From: Scenedesmus sp. PABB004
Lineage: Eukaryota
DNA: 64,000 nucleotides
Assembly: GCA_014905635.1 (NCBI GenBank)
Contig: JABVCE010000008.1
Coordinates: 1,240,001 to 1,304,000, forward strand
Direction of reading: 5' to 3'
Every line of letters begins with the position of its first letter. Position 1 is the stretch's first letter. Shown piece by piece: positions 1 through 11,609 of the stretch. Below the pieces are notes generated by a model. That model saw only the letters and a program-made list of their open reading frames with translations. It was not told where the DNA came from and did not search any database. The position numbers and the translations under genes are program-made.

Positions 1-553
1 CGCGGCGCCCGCGAGGTTTGGAGTGCTTGCGGCGGGGCGGGCCGACCCCGCGCCGCCGCCGCGCCGCCGCCGCCGCGTGCCGTGTGCCGTGTGCCGCGCG
101 CCGCGCCGCAGGTCGCGCAACCGCGAGCTGCAGGAGCTCTTCCAGAGCGGGCTGGGGCTGCACCACGCGGGCATGCTGCGCAGCGACCGCACGCTCACCG
201 AGCGCCTCTTCGCCGACGGCTGGATCAAGGCGCGCCCGCCGCCTGGGCGCCTGCCCGCCCGCCCGCCGGCCCCCGCGGGCGGACGCATGATGGCTGACGC
301 GCGCCCCGGCCGCGCCGGTGCGCGCGCAGGTGCTGTGCTGCACGGCCACGCTCGCGTGGGGCGTCAACCTGCCGGCGCACACCGTGGTCATCAAGGGCAC
401 GCAGGCGCGCGCGCCCGCGCGGCGCGCGTGGGAGGGAGCGCGCGCGAGTCACACGTTCGCAGCCACCTTCGCCGCCTCGCCCGCGCCCACTGCCGCCGTG
501 GCCGGCACGCTGACCGTGCGCCGCGCCCGCGCCTGCTCCCGCGCCCGCTCCCG

Positions 554-584
<31 letters not shown>

Positions 585-2343
585 GCCGCCGCCGCGCAGG
601 TGTACGACGCCAAGCGCGGCGCGTTCACGGAGCTGGGCATGCTGGACGTGCAGCAGATCTTTGGCCGCGCGGGGCGGCCCCAGTTTGACACGAGCGGCGA
701 GGCCAACATCATCACCGCGCACTCCAAGCTCGCACACTACCTCGGTGCGCCTCCGCCCCGCACGCACGCACGCTCGCAGGCCGGGCGGGGCCTTGCTGGC
801 CGCGGCTCGGCTCGGCGCCGGGCCCCGGCGCGGCGCGGCGTGGCGCAGCGCGCGGGCCGCCGCTCGCTGCCGCGTGACGCCCCATCCCCCCCCCCCCCCC
901 CCCCGCTCACACACACGCACACGCGCGCGCGCAGGCATGCTCACGCACGCGGTGCCGATCGAGAGCCAGTTCAAGAGCCTGCTGCCGGACAACCTCAACG
1001 CGGAGCTCGTCCTCGGCAGCGTGTCCAACGTGCGCGAGGCGGTCGCCTGGCTCGCCTACACCTACCTCGCCGTGCGCATGACCAAAAACCCGCTCGCCTA
1101 CGGCATCACCTACGAGCAGCTCCTGGTACGGGGGTTTAGGGGTTAGGGGTTAGGGTACGAGTTTAGGCCTAAACCCTAAACCCTACGACCAGCTGGCAAT
1201 CAGCGCGCAGCGCACAGCGCAGCACAGCGCGCCGCGCCCGCCCCGCCTAGCCCCGCCCGCGCCGACCGCTCGAGCGTGCGGCCGGCGAGCGAGCGCGCCC
1301 CGCCGCCGCGCCGCCGCCGCCGCCCGCGGTGCGCAGGCCGACCCCACGCTGTCGGAGCACAGCCGCGACCTCATCGTCGGCGCGGCGCGGCAGCTGCGCG
1401 ACGCCAAGATGGCCGTCTTTGACGACCGCACGGGCAACCTCTTTGTGACAGAGCTCGGCCGCGTCGCGAGCCACTACTACATACGGTGCGCCCCGCGGGG
1501 CCGCGCCCCGCGCGCCGCGCGCCAGTGGGGCGGCCGGCGGTGGCGCGCACCCGTGGGCGTGCCCCTCCGCCTCGCACGCCCTTTGCCTCACGCCCCGCTC
1601 GCCCGCGCCTGGCTCGCTCCCCCGGTTGACTCCCCCCCCCCCCCCCCACACACACACACACACACACTCACTGCCCCCCCCCCCCCGCCCGCCCACCCAC
1701 CCACACCGCCCACCCCCCCCCCTGCACCCCCCCTGCAGGTACCAGAGCATCCTCATCTTCAACGACCGCCTCAAGGAGCACATGACCTGGGCCGACGTGC
1801 TCGGCATGATCAGCCTCAGCTCAGAGTTTGAAAACATCATGGTCCGGTGAGGCGGAGGGGGGCCCACGGCGCCGGCAGCGCCGCCCTTGCCGGCGCGCTG
1901 CGCGGCGCGCGAGCACGCGCGCACGGCCGGCGGCGGCGCGGCGCCGCGCGCGCGCGTGCGCGCCCCGCCCGTCGCCCGGCTTCTCACGCGTGCCCTGTGC
2001 CCCCCCCCCCTCCCTGCCCGTGCCCCTGCCCGCCAGCGAGGAGGAGCTGCCTGAGCTGGAGGCGCTCATCCGCGCGGGCGCGGTGCCGCACAAGCCCAAG
2101 GGCGGCGTGGAGAACAAGCACGGCAAGGCCAGCATCCTCATACAGGCACGCACCACGCACGCACGCCGCCCGGCCGCCGGCCGCGCGGGGCCGGCCGTGG
2201 GTGCCCGGCGCGCGCCGGCCGCGCGCCGCCGCGCGCGCGCGCCGCCCGCCCGCCCGCGGGCCCGCCCACGCGCCGTCGCCCCGCCGCCCCGTCCTGCCCC
2301 CGCGTGAAACACACTCACACACACGCTACGCCCCCCCCCCCAA

Positions 2344-2401
<58 letters not shown>

Positions 2402-5400
2402 GCCCCCCACCCCCACACCACACACACACACACACGCCCCCCCCCAAACACACACACACCCCCCCCCCCCCACCACCACCACACCCCCCCCCCACACACA
2501 CACACGCCCCCACACGCCCCCAGGCGTTCATCTCTCGCGCGCGCATGGAGAGCTTCAGCCTGACCGCCGACATGATGTACGTCGCGGCCAACGCGCCGCG
2601 CCTCGCGCGCGGGCTGTTTGAGATCGTGTCGCGCCGCAAGTGGGGCGCCGCGTCAGACCTGCTGCTCAACGTCTGCAAGGCAAGCCTGGTTGTGTGCCTG
2701 TGTGGTTGTATGTGTGTGTGTGTGTGGTTGGGTGTGGGGAGGGGGGGGGGTGGGAGGCGTGTGCGCACGCGTGGCCGACCAGGGGACCCGGCCAGGCCCG
2801 CGCGAGCGCGAGCACGCACAGCACGCGCCGGCCGGCCGGCGGCCGAGCCGCCGCCGCCGCCGTGCCCGCCGCCGCCTCTGCGCAGTCGCTGGAGCTGCGC
2901 ATGTGGCCGGAGCAGCACCCGCTGCGCCAGCTCGAGTCGCAGCTGGGGCCGGAGCTGCTGTGGAAGATGGAGGAGCGGGGGCTTGGCCTGGAGCGCCTGT
3001 GGGACATGACGGCGGCCGACATCGGCGCCTGGCTGCGCCACCCCGCCGCGGGTGCGGGCGCGACGACGACGGCGGGCCTCGCGCGGCCGCCGCCCGTCGC
3101 CCGCGCCCGCGCGCACCCGCTCGCCCCGCCGCCGACCGGCCCCTGCCGTGCGGCGCCGCTGCCTCGTCCCCGTGCTCCTCCCCCGCCCGCCCGCCAGGCG
3201 ACAAGATCCGGGCCTGCATCGACGCCTTTCCGAGCCTCGGCCTCGAAGCGGGCCTGCAGCCCATCACCGCCGGCGTCGCGCGCGTCAGCCTCACCATCAC
3301 GCCCCAGTTCGCCTGGCGGGTGCGACCGCGGCGCCCCTGGCCCACGCCCACGCCCGCGCCGCCGCCGCCGCCGCCGGCGGGGGGCCGGCCCTCGGGCGGC
3401 GCGCTCGCCGGATTGCCGCGCCCACGCGCGCGCGCATGGCGCGTCGGCTGCCGCGGCGGCCCCGCAGGAGAAGGTGCACGGCGGGTCGCTGCGCTGGTGG
3501 GTGTGGGTGGAGGACCCGGCCGTCGACCGCCTGCACCACTCAGAGGTGACGCGCCCGCCGCGCGCCCGCCGCCCGCTTGCCACCGCCCCCGCGCTGCGCC
3601 GGGCCGGCCCCGCCGCGCCGCGGCGCGCCCCTCACGCCGCCGCGGCGGCGGGCGCCGCCGCGCGCGCAGGTGTGGGTGCTGACGCGCAAGATGGCTGGCG
3701 AGGGCCCGCAGCGCCTCGCCTTCACCATCCCCCTCACCCAGCCGCTGCCGGCCTGCCTCTACATCCGCCTCGTTTCTGACGCCTGGCTCCACGTGCGCGC
3801 ACCGCACCGCGCTTTCGCTTCTCTGCGCGCGCTCGCTCTGCGCTCGCTCTGCGCCGCGCCGCGCGGCCCTGCGCCGCGCGCCGTGTTGGCCGCGGCGCGG
3901 GCGACGGCGCGCCGCCACCCCTGCCTCTCTCCATCTCCCTCACGCCCCCCCCCCCCCCCCGCCTGCAAATGCAGGCGGAGGAGATGCTGGAGCTGAGCCT
4001 GGCGGGGCTGACGCTGCCGTCGCGCGGGCCGCCCCACACGGAGCTGCTCGACCTTGACCCCCTGCCCCTGGCCGCGCTGAGGCGCCAGCAGTACGTCGCC
4101 CTCTACCAGGGGCGCTTCACGCACTTCAACCCCATCCAGACGCAGGCGCGCGGCGCAGCACGCACAGCACGCGCAGCGCGCGTGCACAGCACGCGCAGCG
4201 CAGCACGCGCCGCACGCACACGCACGCACGCGCGCGCCACGCGCACAGCGCGCGCGCCGGCGCGGCGCCCGCCTCGGCCGCGCCCGGCGCCGCGCCCGCC
4301 GCGCCGCCCCCTCACAGCGGCCCCCGCGCGCCGCGCCGCGCCGCGCCACGCCATTTCGCGCCGCGCTGTGCTGCGCCGCCAGGCGTTCCACACGCTGTTC
4401 CACACCGACGAGAGCGTGCTGCTCGGCGCGCCGACGGGCAGCGGCAAGACCATCAGCAGCGAGCTGGCCATGATGCGCCTCTGGGACGCGCACCCGGGCG
4501 ACAAGGCGCGCACGCGCGCCCGCTGCCGCGCCGCCGCCGCGCGCGCGGGCGCCCGCGCCGCGGCTCGCCCCCTGTCCCGATTGCCCCCTGTGCCGAACAC
4601 GCGCCCCTGCTGAGCCCCCGCCGTCCCATCCCCCCCCCCCCTCACACACACACACGCACACCCGCAGGTTATCTACATCGCGCCGCTCAAGGCGCTCGTG
4701 CGGGAGCGCATCAACGACTGGGGCGCCGGCCTCTGCGCGGCGCTGGGCAAGAAGATCGTGGAGCTCACCGGCGAGCGCCGCGCGGGACGGGGCGGGGCGG
4801 GGCGGTCCGCGTCGGCGCCGCCGCGCCGCGGCCCGCCCGCGCCGCGGCGGGGCCCCGCCCGCGCCCCGCAGCGCTGCCGGCCGCCGCCCGCTCTCCCTCG
4901 CACGCGCGCCCGAATCACCCCCCCCCCCCCCCGTGCCCTTCCCAGGCGACTTCACGCCCGACCTCGCGGCGCTGCTCGCGGCGGACGTGATCATCGCGAC
5001 GCCGGAGAAGTGGGACGGCATCTCACGCAACTGGCAGACGCGCGGCTACGTCAAAAAGGCACGCCTGCCACCCGCGGCGCGGCGCGGCGCGGCGCGGCGC
5101 GGCACCTCCCTCCAGGCCCCGGTCCCTGCGCTCTCCAGTCCCCCCCCCCCCCCCACACACACACACACACCGCACACACACCCACACCCACACCCACACC
5201 CACACCGACGCCCGCATGCCCCTCCCCCCACGCACCCACCCCCACCCCCCCCCAAGGTGGGCCTGCTGATCATCGATGAGGTCCACCTCCTCGGCGCCGA
5301 CAGGGGGCCCATACTCGAGGTCATCGTCTCACGCATGCGGTGCGCCCGCCGAACCCCGCGCGGGCGCCTGGCCCAACAACACGCACGCCGCGCTCAGCCA

Positions 5401-5780
5401 TGCGCGGCGCCGCACGCCAGCACGCCCGCACGCCCCGCGGCGCCGCGCACCGGCCGCCCGCGCGGCGCCGCGTTCGCTCGCTCGCGCCGCCGCTCACTCC
5501 CCCCCCCCCCCCCGCGCGCCGCCCACTCGCGCCGCCCGCACTCACTCCTCCTCCTCCCCTGCCCGCGGGGCCGCCTGTCGCCGCAGCTACATCGGCGCGT
5601 CGATGGGCCGGGCCATCCGCTTCGTCGGCCTCTCCACCGCGCTCGCCAACGCGGCCGACCTCGCCGACTGGCTGGGCGCGGGGCCGGCGGGGCTGTTCAA
5701 CTTCAAGCCCAGCGTGCGCCCCGTGCCGCTCGAGGCGCACATGCAGGGATACCCGGGTGCGCGGGGTGTGGTGCGGTGTG

Positions 5781-5811
<31 letters not shown>

Positions 5812-8800
5812 TGCGTGTGTGGGGGCAGGGGGTGTTGATCAGCGCCTGCGCCCGCCGCTGGCTGCGCTGCGCGGTGCCGGCGGTCCCAGCGGCGCCGCAC
5901 CCCGCCTCGCCGCCGCCGCACCCGCCGCACCCGCTGACCGCCCCGCCCCGCCTGCCGCCGCCCTGCCGCCGCCCTGCCACCCTGCCGCCGCCGCCCTGCC
6001 GCCGCCGCGTGCGCGTGCCAGGCAAGTTTTACTGCCCCCGCATGGCCGCCATGAACAAGCCCGCCTACACCGCCATACAGGCGCGCCGGGCGGGTTTTGG
6101 GGTTTTGTGGGTTTAGGGGCTTGGGGGCGTGCGGGGGCGTGCGGGGGCACGCGGGGGCACGCGCACGTGCGGCGGCAGGATGGGGAGGGGCTTCCTTCCT
6201 GTGCTGCTGCAAGCCAGCACACACATTGTGCCCCCGCCCCGCCCCCTCTCCCGCCCCCGGCGGCGGCGGCCGCGCAGGTCCACTCGCCGACCAAGCCGGT
6301 GCTCGTGTTTGTGAGCAGCCGCCGCCAGACGCGCCTGACCGCGCTCGACCTCATCTCCCTCGCCGCCGCGGACGAGCGCCCCGAGCAGTTTGTGCACATG
6401 ACCCCGGACGAGCTCGGGGTGAGGGGGCACGGGGTGACAGGGGGGGGGGGGGGGGGCAGGGGGGAGTCGAGGGGGCGCGCGCGCGGCCGAGGGACGCGGC
6501 GGCGCGGCGGCGCCTGCGGGCGCGGCCCGTCCGCCCCGCTGAGCCGCGCCCCGCGCGGCCGCGCCCCGCCGGCGGCGCCGCCGCAGGACGCGCTCGCGCG
6601 CGTGCGCGACGCGTCGCTGCGGCACTGCCTGCAGTTTGGCGTCGGGCTGCACCACGCGGGCCTCGCCGAGCCGGACCGGCAGCTCGTGGAGCGGCTCTTT
6701 GTGGCCCAGAAGATCCAGGTGGGGGGCTGCTGGCACGCGCCACACGCGCCGCTGCCCGCACGCAACGCACCGCACCGACGTGTGCACGTGCTGTGCACGC
6801 TGCGCGCCGCGTTGCACTCGCGCCGCACGCACCGCACGCGCCGCACGCTCCGCGCCGCGCGCGCCGCGTCACGCGCCGCGCGCCGTCGCAGGTGCTGGTG
6901 GCGACGAGCACGCTGGCGTGGGGCGTCAACACGCCGGCACACCTCGTCATCATCAAGGCACGGGGGGGGGGGGCACTCGCACACTCCTCGGCCGCCCGCC
7001 CGCCCGCCCTTGCTCGCCTGCGCACGCCTGCCTGCACACTCTCCCCCCTCCCCCCAAACACACACGCCCACATGCCCACGCGCCTCCCACGCCCCGCCTC
7101 CCCGCCTCCTCCCCCCCTCCCTTCCCCCCTCCCCCCCCCCACACACACCCACGCCCCCCCCCCCCGCAGGGCACCGAGTACTACGACGCCCCGGGGCGGC
7201 GCTACGTGGACTTCCCTATCACCGACGTCCTGCAGGCGCGCGCGCGCAAACGGGGGGAGGGGGGCACGGGGCGTGTGCGCTGCGCGCGCTGGTTGGGGGT
7301 CATCATCGGCCTCGGCGCCCGCCCGCGCGCCCGCCCACGCCGCCGCCGCCGCCGCCGCCGCGCGCATACCACCCCCCCCCCCCCACACACACACACACAC
7401 ACATCGCCGCCACGCCGCCACGCCGCCGCGTCCCCCGCGCGCACCCGCCGCTACAGATGATGGGCCGCGCTGGGCGCCCGCAGTACGACACCAAGGGCGT
7501 CGCGGTCATCATGGTCGCTGAGCCCAAGAAGGCCTTTTACAAGCGCTTCCTCTACGAGCCCTTCCCAGTGGAGAGCAGCCTGCAGGACCAGGCACGGCGA
7601 CACACGCGCGGCGTGTGTTGACGAGTGGGGCAGGGCGCGTGTGGACGGGCGTGCGTGCGGGCGGGCGGGTGGGGTGTGGCCGCGCAGCGTGGCGCGCGCG
7701 CCCACGTCCTCTCACCCGCCGCCGCCCCTGCCGCCGCCGCCGCCGCAGCTCGCGGACCACCTGAACGCAGAGGTCGTGGCGGGGACGATCGGCACGCGGC
7801 AGGACGCGCTGGACTACCTCACATGGACCTACCTCTACCGGTGGGTGTGGGAGGGTGGGGGGGGGGGGGGGCCAGGGGCAGAGGGCGCCGGGGGGTGCTG
7901 GGGAGCCTCGCCGCCCCGCGCCCGCGCCCACACGCGCTCACACGCCCACGCCCCGCGCCGCGCCGCGCCTGGCGGCGGGGTTTAGGCGGCTGCTGCAGAA
8001 CCCCGCGTACTACGAGCTGGAGGAGGCCAGCCCTGAGGGCCTCGCCGCGCACATGAGCTGGCTGGTCGAGGACGCGCTGGCGGCGCTGCAGGACAGCGGT
8101 TGCGTCACGGTGCGCCGCCCGCGCGCGCGCGAGGCGAGGCGGCGTGCACCCGCAGGGCCCGCCCGCGAGCCCCGCCGCGAGCCCCGCCGCGAGCCCCGCC
8201 GCGAGCCTCGCCGCGAGCCCCGCCGCGAGCCGCGCCGCGCCGCGCCGCCACGCAGCTGGACGAGGCCGACGACGAGGACGCGGCGGGCAACGGCGGCGGC
8301 GTGGTGTCGCCGACGCCGCTGGGGCGCGTCGCGAGCCTCTACTACCTGCGCCACGCGACGGCGGGGCTCATGGCGGCAGAGTTTGCGGGCCGCAACCTCG
8401 ACCACGCCCAGGTGGGCGGGTGGGCGGGTGTGTGTGTCTGGGTGGGCGGGCGGGCGGGTGGGTGGGTGGGTGGGTGGGTGGGTGGGCGGGCGGGTGGGTG
8501 GGTGGGTGGGTGGGTGTGTGAGGGGGGCTGACGCGCACCCGCGGCCGTCCAGCCGGCGTGGCTCGGCCGACGCCCAACCCCGCCCGCCCGCCCACGCCCT
8601 CGCGCCTGGCCAGGTGCTGGACGTGCTGTGTGCTGCGTCGGAGTACGACGAGCTGCCGGTGCGGCACAACGAAGACGTCATCAACGCCACCCTCGCGCGC
8701 CAGGTGGGGCGGCGCGCCGGCGCGGCGCGGGGCGGGGCGGGGCGGGGCGGGAGGCAGGGCGGGGAGGGCTTGGGGCGCGTGCAGGGAGGGAGGGCGGCGC

Positions 8801-10239
8801 GTGGCGCGGCGGCGACGTGCTCGCCGGGCGCCGCCGAGCGCGCGCGCGCGCGCGCACGGCGGCGGGGCGCGCAGGTGCGGCTGCCCGTGGACGTGCGCCG
8901 CGCGGACGACCCTCACATCAAGGCCAACCTGCTCATCCAGGCGCGCCCCGCGGCGCCCGCATGCACGCCCGCCTGCCGCCACGCCGCGGCGCCGCGCCGC
9001 GCTGCAGCCCCGGCCGCGCCGAGCCCGGCGCAGCGCCCGGGGCGGCCCTGCGCTGCCCCGCCCCGCCCTGCGGAGGCGTGGCCGCGCGCCCCGACCGCCG
9101 CGCCCGCCGCGCCGCGCCCGCCGCGCCCCGCGCCCGGCGCGCGCCCGCCGCGCAGTCTCACCTGTCGCGGCTGGCGCCGCCGATCAGCGACTATTTGACC
9201 GACACGCGCGGCGTGCTGGACAACAGCGTGCGCCTGTGCCAGGCGCTCGTGGACGTCGCGGCGCAGGGCGGCTGCCTGGGCAGCGCGCTGGCGGTCATGG
9301 AGCTGGTGCAGGCGCTGGTGCAGGTGCGCCTGCGCGGCGGCCCGCCCCGCCGGCGCGCGCGCGCGCGCTGCGTCCGCGCGTCTGCCCCCCCTGCCCAGCC
9401 CCCCCCCCCCCACACACACACACCGAGAAAAAGCACACAGCACTCACGCGGTGCCCGCCCCGTCCCGCCCCGCCGCGCAGGCGCGGTGGATGGACGACAA
9501 CAGCCTCACCACGCTGCCCCACCTCGACGCCCCCGCACCGCTGACCGCGCTGGAGCGCCTCGGCGTCGTCGCGCTGCCGCAGCTGCTGCACGCGCTGCGG
9601 CCGCCCCCGGCCGGCGGCGGCGCGCCGCCGGGCGGCCCCGGCGGCTCGCAGGTGTGCGCCGCGCTGTCGGCCGCGCTCGGCCAGGAGGCGGCGGCGGAGG
9701 CGCTCGCCGTCGCGGAGCGCCTGCCGCTCGTCGACGTGGCCTGGCGCGCCGCGCGCGCGGCGCCGCCGCCTGGCGCCGGCGGCGGCGGCGCCGCCGCGCC
9801 TGGTGACGGCAGCGGCGGCGGCGGCGGCTGGTCGCTCGAGGTGGAGCTCGTGCGCCGCGGCGGCAGCGGCCGCGGCGGCGGGCGCGGGCGCGGCGGCGGC
9901 GCGCCGCGCGTGCACGCGCCGCACTTCCCCAAGCTCAAGGAGGAGGGCTGGTGGCTGCTCGCGGGGGCCGGCCTCGAGCTGCTCGCGCTGCGCCGCGTGT
10001 CGTTCGGCGGCCGCGGCAGCGCGCGCCTGTCGCTGCCGCCGCGCACCGCCGGCGGCGGCGCGGTGCACAGCGTGACGCTCTACCTGGTCAGTGACTGCTA
10101 CATCGGCCTGGACCAGCAGGTCGAGGTGGTGCTCGACGACGCGGCCGCGGCGGCGGCAGCAGGCGCGGCCGCGGGCGCGGGCGCGGGAGGCGCGCCCCGC
10201 GGCGGCGGCTGGGCGGCCGGCGGCGGCGGCGGCGACCAG

Positions 10240-10281
<42 letters not shown>

Positions 10282-10413
10282 GGCGGCGGGGCGCGGCGCG
10301 CGCGACGGCAGCAGCAGCAGGCCACACGGCAGGCGCACGCGGCCGCGGACGCGCCGCCGCCGGCGGACAGCGACGCGGCGATGTGGGAGGACGAGCCCGG
10401 CGGCTGCGCGTGA
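1..10413 (+). CDS. ASCC3: ASCC3/Slh1-type Ski2-like tandem DExH helicase with Sec63 domains; 5'-partial, about 31 introns in the window
   Basis: Spliced exons give [35 protein letters not shown] and [12 protein letters not shown]. The second cassette gives [49 protein letters not shown] and GRAGRPQYD. Sec63 motifs ELPVRHNED and [13 protein letters not shown] follow. Stop TGA 10411-10413. These motifs fit ASCC3 better than BRR2. Confidence 0.93.
1131..1185. repeat. Interstitial telomere-like repeats, head-to-head (GGGGTTTAGGGGTTAGGGGTTAGGG ... CCTAAACCCTAAACCCTA), at the 5' end of an ASCC3 intron
   Basis: Read directly; includes the perfect 14-bp palindrome GTTTAGGCCTAAAC at 1161-1174. Confidence 0.85.
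2345..2510. repeat. (CA)n microsatellite and C-runs in an ASCC3 intron
   Basis: Long ACAC tract interspersed with poly-C. Confidence 0.9.
8163..8231. repeat. 12-bp tandem repeat (CCGCGAGCCCCG) x about 6, intronic
   Basis: Read directly. Confidence 0.85.
8412..8515. repeat. (GGGT/GGGC)n tetranucleotide repeat, intronic, G-quadruplex-prone
   Basis: Read directly. Confidence 0.85.
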
Positions 10414-10425
10414 GGGAGGGCGACG

Positions 10426-10430
10426 TGTAA
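10426..10430 (+). terminator. TGTAA chlorophyte polyadenylation signal of ASCC3
   Basis: TGTAA starts 13 nt after the stop codon; UGUAA is the known chlorophycean poly(A) signal. Confidence 0.65.
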
Positions 10431-10714
10431 ACGCGTCGCGATCGTGGGTCACGCCACCGCACGTGCCTGTGTGACCAGCAGACTGCGGGCCCGCATGCGG
10501 GGTCGCTTGCCGGCAAACTTCAGCAGGGCGTGATGCGAGCTGCGCGCGCCACCATATTCTTCTATACGTTTTGAGTTGTGTTTGTTTCACGGCGGGGCCC
10601 GGCCCTGGTGGAACTTTTTCGAAACATTCGGAGGTCCATCGGGGCGTCGGAACGGGGTCGGGGCGACCGGAAAAACTCGGATTGGGGCAGTTTAGATTAT
10701 TTTGCGTGATCTGC

Positions 10715-10729
10715 TACATATACTATTTT
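10715..10729 (+). promoter_or_regulatory. TA-rich upstream element of the tRNA gene
   Basis: TACATATACTATTTT at about -20 to -35 from the tRNA, inside an AT-rich island. Confidence 0.45.
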
Positions 10730-10748
10730 GTTCGCGCCGGAGTGCCAT

Positions 10749-10819
10749 GCTGCGCTCGTATAGTGGTAGTATAACTGCCTTCCAAGCAGTCGGCCTGGGT
10801 TCGATTCCCAGGCGCAGCA
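10749..10819 (+). tRNA. tRNA-Gly(TCC)
   Basis: Acceptor stem GCTGCGC/GCGCAGC plus discriminator A; A-box in D-loop (TAGTGGTA); anticodon arm ACTGC-CT-TCC-AA-GCAGT; T-arm CTGGG-TTCGATT-CCCAG; 71 nt, no intron. Confidence 0.95.
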
Positions 10820-10856
10820 ACCTTATGCTCCCGCCAACAACGCTGGCGACGCCGGG

Positions 10857-10962
10857 ACACCGTGGCGTGGCGCGTGCGCATCGCAAGCTCATCACCACCA
10901 ATGTGCGGCAAACCACATTGGTGATGATGAGCTTGCGATGCGCACGCGCCACGCCACGGTGT
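10857..10962. repeat. Near-perfect inverted repeat (49-bp arms, 1 mismatch, 8-nt loop) at the 5' end of the LINE
   Basis: 10857-10905 is the reverse complement of 10914-10962; loop CGGCAAAC. Confidence 0.95.
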
Positions 10963-11609
10963 GCCAAGCCCTGGCGCGCTGGTGGCAGCTCAAGGTGCCC
11001 AACACGTACAAGGAGGCGGCCTGGCGGCTCACGCTGCAGGCCTTTCCGACTGCCAGCCGCATGCAGCCGGGGCCGGGCATGGTGGACTATTGTGTCTACT
11101 GCTGCCCAGGGCCGCCGGAGGCGCTGGAGCCAGCGGAGGCATCCGGCCTGGGCGGCGCGCTGCACCCGAGCGAGGCGCACCATTTCTGGCGGTGCCCGGT
11201 GGCAGGCGAGGTGTGGGGTGAGATCGAGAAGCAGCTGGCTGCTTTTGACTGGTGGCCGGACGGCGCGCGCTTGCACTGCAGGCACATCTGGCTGGGGCGC
11301 CGGCCGCGGGAGCAGCTGTCCCAGATGGTCTGGGACATGGTCTGCATCGCTGCAATTCACGCGTGCGAACGCGGCCGGCGCGTGGCCTGGATTTTCCTGC
11401 AAGTGCGGGAGCGTGCCTTGCCCTTTGACGTGGCTCGAGACATTGTGAGGCGGGCGGCAGTGAGTGCGTTTTGGGAGGCGCTGGCCGACTTTGCGGCGAC
11501 CGCTTACGTGCCCCGCGCTGCCCGTACGCCCGACCTGACGGGCCAGCCCTTTCTGGCTTGGTGCACTCCCCGCGTCGCGGGGAGTGGCTTGGTTGTTATT
11601 CGGCGATGA
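10908..11609 (+). pseudogene. C-terminal fragment of LINE ORF2 (zf-RVT-like CCHC domain); RT and endonuclease domains missing
   Basis: WWQLKVPNTYKEAAWRLTLQAFPTASRM...CVYC...HHFWRCPVAGEVW...HIWLG matches the L1-clade C-terminal pattern. Confidence 0.8.

Noticed and set aside
5781..5820. Cys/Val- or His/Thr-rich peptides in the ORF track
   Set aside because: Translations of intronic (GT)n/(CA)n microsatellites
1..10413. BRR2/SNRNP200 assignment
   Set aside because: [21 protein letters not shown] and GKFYCPRM...MNKPAY fit ASCC3/Slh1 better
10749..10819. tRNA as a degenerate SINE head inside the mobile element
   Set aside because: The cloverleaf is intact and lies outside the TSD, so the LINE inserted next to a pre-existing tRNA gene
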